Origin: Eledone cirrhosa
Taxonomy: Eukaryota
NCBI GenBank assembly: GCA_964016885.1
Contig: OZ024744.1
Location: forward strand, 41,230,001 to 41,294,000
Length of the DNA stretch: 64,000 nt
Reading direction: 5' to 3'
Below the pieces are notes generated by a model. The model did not search any database. It saw only the letters and a program-made list of their open reading frames with translations, and was not told the DNA's origin. Below are positions 51,060-64,000 of this stretch, in pieces. Both the position numbers and the translations under genes were made by a program. Numbering within the stretch: the stretch's first letter is position 1; each line of letters starts with the position of its first letter.

Positions 51060-54000
51060 TTTGCCATGAGATGCTACAGGCCACGATGGCTACCTACACA
51101 GTCATCTACTCTCTTCCTCTCTTACACTATTATTAGTGTTGTTGTATTTATCATTTAGCTGTCTCTACAAAGTCATCTATTCCTATCGGTTTATTTTGCT
51201 ATGAGATGCTACAGGCCATGACGGCGACCCCCTCTCTCTCTATGAGAGCTACCTTCTCTCTATCTATCTCTAAGCCACCTATTACATCCCTTTCCCTCTC
51301 ACCCATTCCTTCCTCACTCATCTTGAAGTTCTTGAAGAGATGAGACACACTTGATTCTGAAAGGCTAAAATGAATCACTAGAGCTGCTAATCCACGTTCC
51401 AGCCATCCATCCATACAAATCATTCAGGTATCCCTCTATTTCCCAATTGCAAATATTCCGCTCACACAATTATTGCTGTATTTATCATTTCACTAGCTTC
51501 CACAACACATTTATTTTTACCCTCATTTTCTCTCCCATGCTGCCTCTCTACGAAGTCATCTACTCTCTTCCTCTCTCTTACACTATTATTAGTGTTGTTT
51601 TAATTATCAGTTTGCTTTCTCTTCAAAGTCATCTATTCCTATCGGTTTATTTTGCCATGAGATGCTACAGGCCATGATGGCTACCTACCTCACAATTTCC
51701 CTCCCGTCCACCATACCTATTCGACCAATCAAACCTCAGCATGTCCCCCTCACCCATTACCAACCCCAATAAAGCCTGCCATTTCTACTACTACCTACTC
51801 GTCCCAGCCCCAACACACCCTGCCATTATTACCACCACCACTGTTCTTCTAGCCCTGAATTTTCCTACCGTTATGTATGGATGAGCTGAGAATAAATGGA
51901 GCAACCCTGAATTAATAAATGAAAATGAATATGAATCCGCGAGCTACCAAGCACCCATGCAAAGCTCCAATTCAGAGACAGGAAGCACACACACACCCCT
52001 GCAAAATCGACCCTTCCCCACGAATGTTGACAAATGCCTAAAACTCTGAGTTGGTACCATCAATGTAAGCACAATGAAAGGAAAAGCAGGAGAAATCGTA
52101 GAGATGCTAGAGCGAAAGGAAATTGATGTATGCTGTGAGGCACATGGCTTAGTGGTTGGAGCATTGGCCTTGCAATCAAAAGGTTGTGAGTTCAATTCTC
52201 AGACCGGGTGATGTGTTGTTTCCTTGAGCAAGACACTTTATTTCACATTGCTCCAGTTTACTCAGCTGTAGAAATAAGATGATAGGGACTGGAGTCCCTA
52301 TCATTCCACTAAAAAGTGGTCATGGAGGTGCCACGGCAAAAAAGCACCCAGCACTCATTGTAAATGACGTTGGTGTTGGGAAGGGCATCCAGCTGTAGAA
52401 ATCAAGCCAGAATCAGTTCTCGTCCCACCCTTGCAAGCAGGGAAAAAGCGGTCGTAAAATGAAATGATGCTGTGTGCAAGAGACTAGATGGAGAGGAGAG
52501 TCTGCTAGAGTCCTTGTAGGAAAAAGTCAGTGCTACAAATTTTTCTGGGTGGGAAATAACGATGGTATAGGTATTCTACTAGCCGACAAGTGGGTAGATA
52601 AAGTAATCTCAGTGAACAGGGTAAATGCAAGAATCATTAAACTCAGACTAGTCCTGAATAAAACAATTACCACAATAATATCAACTTACGCACCCCAATC
52701 GGAGTTGCCAGATGAACTTAGGGATAGATTTTACGAGTCCCTAATGCACACTACTGCTCTAACAAACGACAATGACTTCCTAATCATTGCAGGAGATTTT
52801 AACGGACACGTAAGTAAACACTGTGACGGCTTCAATAGAGTCCATGGAGGTTGGCACAAGAAATGAAGAAGGATTAAGACTTCTAGAATTCTGCGATGCC
52901 AATGACATGTCGATATGTAACACAAACTTCAAAAAACCCGACAACCACCTGATCACCTATAGATCAGGGGCGCATTCTAGTCAGATAGATTTTATCCTCA
53001 TCAGAGGACGTGACAGATGGACGGTTGTAAACACGAAAACCTTCCCTAGTGAGGAATTTACCTCCCAACATAGCTTAGTTGTCAGCGATCTCATGGTCAG
53101 AACTAGACGAACCTGGAAACAGAGACCAACCTGGAGAAGAAAGATCTGCAAGCTGAAAGACCCCTCAGCCAGTAACAGATTTAAGATATTTTACTCAACG
53201 TCTACGACAGTAAAGAAGAACAGATATAGACATTGAATGTAGAAGAGCACTGGGAGTTCCTAAAAAATAACTTACTAGAGGTGATGGATGAGATCTGTGG
53301 CTGGAGTAAGACCACAGGGAGGAGGAGAGTGACTTGGTGGTGGAACAATAAGGTAGATGAGACAGTTAAGGCCAAGAGACAGGCATGGAAAGAATGGAAG
53401 AAAGGGGGAAGCAGAATACATTACATAGAGACCAAGAGGGAAGCTAGGCGTCAAGTATACTTAGCTAGGAGGGAAGCAGAGGATAGAAAATTCAAGCATG
53501 TTTTGCAACGTGACGACCGGAAACAGGTGTTCACGATTGCGAGGTGTGTCAGAGAGAATTGTGATGTCGTTGGAGAGAAGTGTATCCGGAATGATAAAGG
53601 TGAGCTTGCCCTCACAAGCGCTGAGAAGAAAGATGCGTGGAAGAGCCATTATGAGAGATTACTAAATGAGGAGAATGCATGGGAAGAAGAGACGCTACCC
53701 CAAGTAGACCCTATAGAGGGTCAGCAGCAGTGTAGTAAGTAAGGCAATCAAAGATGGGGAAGGCAACTGGTCCATCGGGTATAGCTGCCGAGATGCTGAA
53801 GGCATCTGGGTCTGTAGGTCACACTATAGCCACACGTATTGTTAACCAGGTAATTCTAGAAGGTGTCATACCAAAAGATTGGTGCAGTAGCATCATTGTC
53901 AACTGCTAGAAAGATAAAGGTGATGCACTAGATAGAGGAAACTATAGAGGTATAAAGCTGATGGACCAGGTCATGAAAGTAACAGAAAGAGTTATAGCAC

Positions 54001-55695
54001 AGTTGATTAGGGACCGGGTGAAACTAGATGAGATGCAATTTGGGTTTGTACCAGGAAGAGGCACCACTGATGCCCTCTTCCTTGTGAGGCAATTACAGGA
54101 AAAGTACCTAGCTAAAAGTAAGCCACTCTACCTGGCATTCGTCGATCTCGAGAAAGCCTTTGACAGAGTTTCACGTGCTATAATCTGGTGGGCTCTTAGA
54201 AAACTAGGAGTAGATGAATGGCTTGTGAAAGCTGTACAAGCCATGTATAGGGGAGTAGTCAGCAAAGTTCGGATTAGCAATGAGAATAGCGAGGAATTTA
54301 GCGTACAGGTCGGGGTCCACCAGGGCTCTGTTCTTAGCCCTCTCCTGTTCATCATATTCCTGCAGGCAATAACAGAGGAGTTTAAGACCGGATTCCCATG
54401 GGAACTCCTGCATGCAGATGACCTCGCACTTATAGCTGAATCTATGGTAGAACTAGAGAAGAAATTCCAAACTTGGAAGCAGGGACTAGAAAGAAAGGGT
54501 TTCAAAGTCAACATCACAAAGACTAAGGTCCTTGTAAGTAGACGAGAAAACAGAACCCAGATTCCCTCAGGGAAATGGCCTTGCTCAGTATGTAGGAAAG
54601 GTGTAGGTAGGAACTCCATTCTCTGCCCCAAATGCAAACAATGGGTACACAAGGGACGTAGCGAGATCTCAGGAAGCTTAATTAAGAATGTAGGCTTCAC
54701 ATGTAGCAGCTGTGCTGGGACAGCAAACAGCAAACAGCCACAGGAAACAAGTACCACCAATCTCTAGGAGGGCTCTGTAGAAACAGTAGACAGCTTCTGC
54801 TACCTAGGTGAGCGAATTAGCAGTGGAGGTGGGTGTTCAGAAAGTACAATAACTAGGATAAGAACAGGATGGAAGAAGTTCAGGGAGCTACTGCCACTGC
54901 TAACTGCAAAAGGCTTTTTCCTCAACATGAAAAGCAGACTGTATGATGCGTGTATACGAACAGCAGTGTTACATGGTAGTCAGACCTGGGCGCTGAAGTT
55001 GGAAGACATACATAGATTAGAAATAAACGAAGCCTGCATGCTCCGATGGATGTGTAATAGTAATATACTCGAACGGCAAAGCATAAACGAATTGAGAGAG
55101 AGACTGAGCATAAGAGGAATCAAATGCTGTGTGCAGGAGAGGAGATTGCGTTGGTATAGACATGTGATTCATATGAAGGACGACAGCTGCATAAAAAGGT
55201 GCAGAGCACTAGACATCGATGGAAGCCGTGGAGTGGGGAGACCCAAGAAGGCCTGGAATGAGGTGATAAAAGTCGACCTAACACAATTGCACCTCTCAAA
55301 GACGATGACACAGGAGCGTGACCTCTGGCGTCACGCAGTAATACAGAAGACACAACTCCCCACGGGTTCAAACCAGAGCTGAAGCATATAGACAATATGC
55401 CCCCCCCCGCCCTCCCACTGCAAAGTGGTCGTGGAAGTATTACAACAAAAAAGCATCCAGCCCACACTGTAAAGTGGTCATATATGCACCACAGGAAAAA
55501 AAGAACCCAGCACTCACTGTAAATGAGGTTGGTGTTAGGAAGGGCATCCATCTGTAGAAATCAAACCAGAATCAGTTCCTGCATGAGCAAGGCATGGTCA
55601 GCCGACCAGACACTGCCCACAACAGGACAACCTGTCTAACCCATGCTAGCATGGAAGAACGGACGTAAAACGGTGATGATGATGATCATGATGAT
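51060..55695 (+). mobile_element. RTE-group LINE, near full-length, decayed
   Basis: VGTINV, QETRW, TYAPQ, AGDFNGH, SQIDF, WWWN, NYRGIKL, QFGFVPGRGTTDA, FVDLEKAFDRV, HQGSVLSPLLF, LHADDL, GRPKK; (TGA)n tail; frameshifts. The 5' boundary is uncertain (internal repeats at 51060-51690). Confidence 0.9.
52138..52466 (+). mobile_element. tRNA-derived SINE with RTE tail inserted in the RTE endonuclease domain
   Basis: 8-bp TSD ATGCTGTG (52130-52137, 52467-52474); interrupts IDVCC|VQETRW. Confidence 0.92.
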
Positions 55696-58427
55696 TTACA
55701 TGAATGTACTAATGAACATTATACAAGGTTCTTTTATTACATAATTCAATTCATTACTGTTACGTGCATTTCTTGGGTGATTGTACACTGTTATGTAATC
55801 AACTTAGGTTGGCAAAACTTCTTCAGACAGCATTTTGCATTTAGCAAAATCTTCACCAAAAATATTTATAACGTTATTGATATGGTTAAATGAGAGACTA
55901 ACTGCATAATGGCAATAAATTGAAGTTTGTAATACGCAAACCTGCTTTGACCAGCTAGAATCAATTAACAGTAGTACTTATGCAATATGGCTCATAATAG
56001 GGTGTGTATGGAGGTGTATTTGATATGTTTATGTAAAATAAAGACACAAGAATCTCGCTATGAAAATTTTGAGCTGTGATCAGTTCATTGATAGAAATCA
56101 AGAAAAACGTACCTGGAATTTTCCTGCAGATAGTGAGATAAATGACACATGGAAATGCTGATTGAATAAAATGGATTTCTAAAAAAGGTACTGAATATCT
56201 AGGTATATTGAAACATAAGGCAACTTACCAGTCGGGTTGTGCTTGGCATGGTAGATAGAATAGATTATCACACTTATCGAGTTGACACCAAGGCATATTA
56301 CTGAATATGATTAATTAATCCATTATAAGTAATCTACAGAGTTTTAGACAGATTAGTAGAAAACAAAACTAAGGCACATTTGGTGATGCTCATTAATTAA
56401 TTTATTAAATATTGGTGAATCAGACACGTGTTTCATTGCAGTCATCTAATAGACAATGTAAACATTCTCTTCTATACCTTTTCCCTTTTCTCCCTTTTTC
56501 CTATACTTTGAAACCACAAACAATCCAGCCTCCATAACTTTTTTATTTTGGTACAGATCATTATCCCTTCCACCATAAACCTTCTACTCTACCATCGGCT
56601 TCTACATCTCTACTATTAGCAGGATTTCACTATTAGCAGGATTTGCACTTGTAAATACCCGCCATTAGCTTATAGAGTCACACAATCCACATATCTTCGA
56701 TGATTACATAGGTCAACATAATTTTACACTTATAACCAGTCCCTGTTTACCTAATTGTCCATGCACAACATTCATTGATCAAATTCCAGAACACTAACCA
56801 CTTTCAACAACTTTCTAAGACAACTGAAATGAACTTACACATTAAGATACATGCATCTGCATGTGTGTATTACTAAAATATGTGTGAGCATGTAGGTATG
56901 TATGTGTGTGTTTGGGGGATGGTGTGTATGTGGGTATATATAAAGACTGCTTTAAGCATGTTCTCTACTTTTCATATCATTATTCTTTGAACCTTCTCCA
57001 AGGAAATTATTTCCAGGCAGTATGAAATAATGAATTATGTAATAATACAGATCTCATAGACTCTTGACACAACGCATCGAAACACATGTCTGATTCACTA
57101 ATATTTAATAAATGAATTAATAAGCATCAACAAATATGCCTGTGATATTTCTAATAACCTTTTTCTCGCTCTCTCTTTATCTCTTTCTCTCCCTCTTTCT
57201 CTCTACGCCCCCTCTCTCTCTATATATAGAGAGAGAGAGAGTGAGAGAGAGAGAAAGAGGGAGTGTGTGGGAGTGAGAGTGAGAGAGAAAGATGATGGGT
57301 AGATACTAAAACAGAAAGATAGATCATCATAATCATTATCCTTTAACATCTGTGGATTGGCAGTATCGGTAGAGGGTCGGACGCCATGCTTTGAGCCACG
57401 CATAGAGTTATGGCCCTTGCCATTGTGAGTTCAAATCCCGCCGAGGTTCACTTTGCCTTTCATCCTTACGGGGTCGATAAAATAAAGTACCAGTAATGCA
57501 CTGGGTGATTGCTGGCCTTGTGCCAAAAAATAGAAACAATTATGCTTTAACATCTGTTTTCCCTGCTTGTGTAAAGCCAACGAAGAAAAACTGAACAATT
57601 ACAAAAAGTCTTAATATGTTTCTCTTCTCATAAACACCAGAGTACTTCATTAAAAACAATTTTGGTACTTATTTCATCAAATTTTTTGTCAAACTGCTAA
57701 GACATAGACTCCAGTACAAACATGAACATCTTGGCACATACGGACATACACACACACACACAAGCGCTCATACATTCACACGCATGCACATGCTCACAAT
57801 AAAAGGACACACACGCAGCCTAAACATCAATTAACACAAATAATTTGCTTCAATTAGATCACACATGTGGTAATTGACGTCATCCTACTACTTCTCATGG
57901 ATACTACAGGAAACATCAAAACATAACACTTGAAACAGGTTTCTGAATTTTAAATTTTAATCAAATGTCAAAGCAGAACATTTTGCTTTAAGAATTCCCC
58001 ACCCTTTGAGGAATCTATTTTGAAGTCCTGAAATATGAGAACAAAAATTAAAAGATAATAATAATTGTTTCTACTTTAGGCACAAGGCCATCAATTAACC
58101 AATACATTACTGGTACTTTATTTTATCCACTGATCAACCAGATTTGCATATCAGTTGATAGGCCAGTCAGTTTCATGTATATGAGCAATGAATGGCTGGC
58201 TTTGCCAAATTCAAATAACTAACAAATAGTTATCGCTCTACATGGCTGAATAAAATAAATATAATCTGAGTTTTTCAAATATTAATAATATTCGATTCGT
58301 TTGCAATTATGCAAACAGCCTCTTTTTTAAGCCATGTCAATAGAATGAGCCCCTCATTCTGCTCTTGTGTTGGAATGTAAACAGAACTGCAGGCACTAAT
58401 GCTTCTGGGTGATTACCCTTCATCAGT

Positions 58428-58486
58428 GCAGTTTACTGCTCACCTGCCAGCTGTCAGTGAAAGTTGGCAGGTGAGCAGTAAACTGC
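58428..58486. repeat. Hairpin with 22-bp perfect arms
   Basis: GCAGTTTACTGCTCACCTGCCA...TGGCAGGTGAGCAGTAAACTGC. Confidence 0.93.
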
Positions 58487-58613
58487 TATATATAATGTAT
58501 ATATATATATATATGTATATATTTATATATATATATATATATATAAATATATAATATATATATATATATTAATATATTATATATATATATATAAATATAT
58601 AATATATATATAT

Positions 58614-58645
<32 letters not shown>

Positions 58646-58646
58646 A

Positions 58647-58690
<44 letters not shown>

Positions 58691-58753
58691 TATAATATAT
58701 AATATATATATATATAAATATATAATATATATATATATAAATAATATATATAT

Positions 58754-58831
<78 letters not shown>

Positions 58832-59499
58832 TCATAAAACATGTCTATAGAATCACCAGATAAAATATATACCATTTCCTCTCCCAATTAGCATAATCAA
58901 CTATATAAAAAATCGAATAGACCAGGCTATAAGAATAAGGCTTCTATGAAGAAATCTCCAACAAATAACCGAAACTAGCCCTTCGCGTTATATATATAAG
59001 CCTGTTACGAGGGACAAAACTCAGAATTTGTCAACTCTTATTAATGGTCAGTCCACTTCTACGAAATGTAATGTATAAATAACATTTTCTTCTTGTTTCC
59101 CCACCCTTCGGTTCATTCATCCATATATCTATAATCGCCCAGAATCCAAATCCTACTTCATAATTGCTAGTCTATAATTCTGTCTCACTATTCTAAAAAA
59201 TCTTCTCCACGCTTGTTCTAAATAATCTTCTCGCTACCATTTTGGCCGAAAATTTTTCCAGGATTCATAAAGATGGCCTCTCTCTCTATCGGCCCTCTAA
59301 ATCGCTATCACTCCCACTCTCTCTATCATATACGTCGCTCTCTCAATCTCTCTCTCAATCCCTCTCACTCCCTACTCGCATCAAATATAAATAAGCCTGA
59401 TCCTCGCTAAATATCCCATACCCCTCCCTCCCCCTTTATTATTTGGACCAATCACAAGTCAACGGCCTATGCTATCACTTCTGGTTGCTTTTCGATATG

Positions 59500-61006
59500 A
59501 TGGATGGACTAAGGAATTTCTGGAGAGCCTGAAGAATCTGGACACTCGAAAACAATGCCAAAGATAACGACAAATTCACCTCATGCTGCCGGACGAAAGG
59601 GCAAGGCCCCCTCCTCTTTGTTGCGGCCGCGGATGGCCAACATATCCCCAACCCCATCCCCCTCACCCCTCCCTGTGCCCCACCCACCAACCGCAATCCA
59701 ATACTTCACAGTTGGTACCATGAATGTAGGCAACTTAAAAGGTCGCTCTAACGAGGTTGTAGAAATGCTTGAACGTAAGGAGGTTGATGTGCTGTATCCA
59801 AGAGACCAGGTGTAGGGGCAGGTCTGCTAGATTCATTGTGTGTAAGAAACGATGCTATAAGCTTTTCTGGGTGGGAAATGACAATGGGCTGGGTGGGGGT
59901 AGGAATCATGTTAGCAGAAAAATGGGTGGATAAGATAATAGGCGTAAATAGAGTCAATGACAGAATAATTGAAATAAGACTTGTTCTAAATAGAACTACT
60001 GTGACGGTAATAATCCGGACTGCCTGGCGCTATAAAAGACAGTTTCTATGAGACACTGATGCTCACTACCTCCCAAATAACCGACAGTGACTTTATAATT
60101 ATTGCTGGTGACCTAAATGGTCATGTTGGACAACATTGTGACGGCTATGATGGAATCCACGGAGGCTATGGGTTTGGTACTAGAAATGAGGAAGGCTCCA
60201 GAATCCTGGAATTCTGTGACGCAAATAACCTAACTATCTGTAACACAAACTTCAAAAAACGAGACAATCACTTGATCACCTACAGATCAGGGGAACATAC
60301 CAGCCAGGTAGATTATATCCTTACCAGAAGACGTGACAAAGTGTCTGTTATAAACACTAAATCCCTCCCCCATGAAGAATGCACCTCCCAACATAAACTG
60401 ATAATTAGCCACCTCATAGTCAGGACGAGACGTACTCGACAGCAGAACAGGACTATCCTCAGGTGAAAAATATGGAAGCTAAAGTACCCCACAACCAGAA
60501 ATAAATTTAAAAGCATATTACTTGATGCTTTCGACAGTAAGGAAGAGCATTTAGAGTCGTACAATATAGAGGAACAGTGGGAATTCCTGAAAGCAAACCT
60601 GCTGATGGCGGCAGACGAAGTCTGTGGCTGGAGCAGGCCTATAGGTAGGAGGAGAGTAACATGGTGGTGGAACAGTAAGGTGGAGGAGTCAATTAAGGCC
60701 AAAAAGCAGGCTTGGAAAGTATGGCGGGATGGGGGAAGTAGAGAAGACTATCAAGTGGCCAGGAGGGAAGCTAGGAGACAAGTGTACTTCTCAAGAAGGG
60801 AAGCAGAGGAAAGAAAGTTCAAGCATCTTCTACAACGCGAGGACCAAAAACGTGAGGTGTTCAGGATTGCTAGGCAATGTGTCAAGGAAAACCGTGATAT
60901 TGTCGGGGAGAAGTGTGTACTTAATGATGATGTACTTGCCATCACTTGCCTCAAGTGGGAAAACTCCCGTCCAAACCCATGCAAGCGTGGAAGATGGACG
61001 TTAAAC

Positions 61007-61045
<39 letters not shown>
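59500..61045 (+). mobile_element. RTE-group LINE, endonuclease half joined to a 3' tail (RT missing)
   Basis: VGTMNVG, AGDLNGH, SQVDY, TWWWN, VGEKC, then directly AACCCATGCAAGC..GGACGTTAAAC(GAT)n. Confidence 0.85.
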
Positions 61046-61108
61046 AATATATATATAATATATATATATAATATATATATATATATACATATAATATATA
61101 TATATATA

Positions 61109-61140
<32 letters not shown>

Positions 61141-61474
61141 AATGAAAGGTATAGAAATATATATATATATATATATAATATTTATAATATATATATAATA
61201 TATATATATATAATATATATATATATAATATATATATATATAATATATATATAATATATATAATATATATATAAAATATATAATATATATATATATATAT
61301 ATATAATATATATATATAATATATATAATATAATATATATAATATAATAATGACCCTCCCAAAGTATAACAATATATATATAATATATATAATATATATA
61401 TAATATATATAATATATATAATATATATATAATATATATATATATAAAAACCACAGACCCTCCATCTCAACTCA

Positions 61475-61512
61475 CCTTTTGAAAAGCAGAAGAACTGCGA
61501 AACCGGTAAAGG
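61475..61512 (+). ncRNA. Hammerhead variant (UUGAAAA core)
   Basis: CCTT-TTGAAAA-GCAG-aagaa-CTGC-GAAA-CCGG-TA-AAGG. Confidence 0.7.
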
Positions 61513-61581
61513 AACCAAATAAATATATATATTTAAAAAAAAAATAAGACTTCAGTTGCATTTTCGATTTCATCCCTTTTT

Positions 61582-61723
<142 letters not shown>

Positions 61724-61915
61724 TATTATATATATATTATATATATATAATATATATATATATATTATATATATTATATATATAATAATATATATATAAT
61801 ATATATAATATATATATAATATATATATAATATATATATAATATATATAATATATATATATAATATATATAATATATATATAATATATATATATATAATA
61901 TATATATAATATATA

Positions 61916-61947
<32 letters not shown>

Positions 61948-62734
61948 GTATTCTTTAGGTCGTTTTGGAAGCCTCAACAATGCAGATGGGTAAATCTCCG
62001 GGTAACAGGATCCGGTGGTGAAGAGAGAGATGTAAAGGAATGTAGAATAAGATATATAGTGTGTAGAAGAACGTAGGAAAGAGCGTAAAAAATAATAACA
62101 CGAGATAGAGTTACCTTGGGAGAGATTTAATTGTCCCTATATTTCGGATTCACATCCATCAACTGGGGGGGGGGTTCCGGGGGGGGGAGGTTAACAGTCG
62201 GTTATCTGTTCGTTGTTTTGAATATCTGAGGTATTCAGCAGAGCGCGCGCGCGAGTGAAATGGGGTCAGTCAATCAAAAGGTTGGCGGCCGAAATAGTTC
62301 TTTTAATTGTGGGAGTGGAATGGCGTTAGCTGTCAGTCCATTGTATTATCTACCCGTTCTGGTTTCTGTATTAGCAATGTTGAATAGTGTATTCGTGTGG
62401 TGGTAGTATTCCCTGCCTGTTTGGTGAATGCTACTGTGTGTGTGTGTGTGTGTTGTTGTCTTGCTTGTGTGTATGTGTGCGTGTGTTGTTGCCTCGTTTG
62501 TCTGTATTAGCAGTGTAGTATATTCGTATGGTGGAATGCTACTGTGCGTGTGTGCGTGTGTGTTGTTGTCTCGCTTGTGTGTGTGTGCGTGTGTTGTTGC
62601 CTCGTTTGTTTAAACCAACCACCTCGTCTCGCTTCTCTTGGATCGGTTATTTATATGTGGTCCTAGGCGTTTTATTCAAAGTGCTTCGTTGATTCGTAAT
62701 GTGCCGACGTTTCGTTCCGTCGCTAGCACTGTGA

Positions 62735-63868
62735 CAATGGGCCTTCCGTCTTTGTTTCCGCATTTGGTTATGTGTTTCCGGAAAGACGAGATATATCATC
62801 ATCATTGTTTAAAATCTGTGTGTGCTGGGTCCTTTTTACCATATCTCCTACACAACTACATTACAATGTGGACTGGGTGCTTTTTGTCAGGACACCTACA
62901 CGACCTCTTTACAGTGTAGGTTACTATGGGTAGAAGTGGCAAGAAAGTGTAGGGGTGTGGGGTGTAAATTAAGAGGTGCCAACTAACTATAGCTTTAAGT
63001 TCATGTGCAAGGCAAGGCCGGTCTTCTGTATTACTGCATAGCGCCAAAGATCTTGATCCTTTGACATTGTCTTAGAGAAGTGCAAGTGTGCAAGGTCAGC
63101 TTCTATCACCTCCTCCAAGTTCTTTCTGGGTCTACCTATTCCATAGCTTCCATCAGTTTGATCGCCCTGCACTTTTTTATATAGCTGTTGTCCTTCATAC
63201 ACATCACATGACCATACCAATGCAATCTCATCTAGTAAACTGCATCTGATCTCTTTTATGCCTAATTTCTCACTTAGTTTGTTTACGCTTTGTTGTTCAT
63301 GTATATTACTATTACACATCTATCGGAGCATGCATGCTTCATTCCATTCCAATCTGCGCAGGTCCTCTGCACACAATGCCTCGGTCTCACTACCATGTAT
63401 CATTGCTGTTCATATACAAGCATCATACAATCTGCCTTTAAAATTTTAGAGGGAAACCTTTTGTGGCCAACAGCAGCATTAGCTCTCTGAATTTTTTCCA
63501 TCCCATTCTTACTATGGCTTCTGTACTTTCAGAACACCCTCATACACTGCTGATTTTGTCACCCAGGTAACGGAAAGTGTCCATTATTTCTATAGAACTA
63601 TCTGGGCAGTTGAAGGAGCTAGTACCCAGTGGGCACTTGATACTCACTGTACCTGAGCATAGGTCACATATAAAATCTACATTCTTTGATAACTTGCCTG
63701 TGATCCCACTACATCTTTTATGTACCCATAGTTTGCATTTGGGACATTTGGGACAAATTAAATTTAAGGTGTTTTGATTCTAGGCCATGCTTCCATGTTT
63801 GGAATTTGTTCTCTAGTTCTGCCATAGATTCAGCTATGAGAGTTAGATCATCTTCATATAGAAGTTCA
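62735..63868 (-). mobile_element. RTE-group LINE 3' fragment, decayed
   Basis: ELLYEDDL remnant, FRYLGD, GRPRK, (TGA)n tail; homologous to 54400-55690. Confidence 0.85.
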
Positions 63869-63928
63869 TATATATATATAAATATAGATGTATATATTTA
63901 TATATGTATATATATATGAACTTCTATA

Positions 63929-64000
<72 letters not shown>

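Noticed and set aside
56113-56235. Candidate minus-strand 66-nt exon (TTTTTAG|...CAG|GTACGT) with a nearby GTAAGT
   Set aside because: Open but unrecognisable in all frames, and the implied upstream intron is only ~50 nt; insufficient support without RNA data.
62130-62170. Minus-strand GGAT-gtga-ATCC-GAAA-TATA-GGG hammerhead-like motif
   Set aside because: The CUGANGA core is not recognisable; kept only as a possible relic.

Overview
Eukaryotic, AT-rich, microsatellite-dense window made almost entirely of transposable elements. No host protein-coding gene could be supported. The SINE types and heavy (TA)n load suggest an octopus/coleoid cephalopod genome (inference). Contents: (i) a decayed Gypsy LTR retrotransposon (3650-8609, CATA TSD) and a ~2-kb non-coding LTR element with a similar tRNA-Trp-type PBS (704-2740, minus); (ii) at least five Penelope-like element (PLE) coding remnants from several families, one with a ~750-codon uninterrupted RT+GIY-YIG frame set inside a mirror-symmetric four-pLTR structure (12398-17800); (iii) about 15 PLE-type hammerhead ribozyme motifs, including UUGAAAA-core and expanded-stem-II variants, two of them in short non-coding 'inverted piece + partial tandem' units resembling retrozymes (23992-24670, 27303-27992); (iv) a 12-kb nest on one (TAA/ATT)n microsatellite, holding a full-length two-ORF Tx1-clade LINE, an internally deleted chimeric copy and two R4/Dong-type RLE LINE fragments in the opposite orientation; (v) decayed RTE LINEs, five copies of a ~610-bp non-autonomous RTE-like element ending in a C2H2 finger, tRNA-derived SINEs, a non-autonomous Helitron and MITEs. 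Most ORFs in the supplied track are microsatellite translations or antisense shadows. Coordinates were read by eye and may be off by a few bases. Family and clade labels rest on recalled motifs, not database searches, and no ribozyme activity has been tested.
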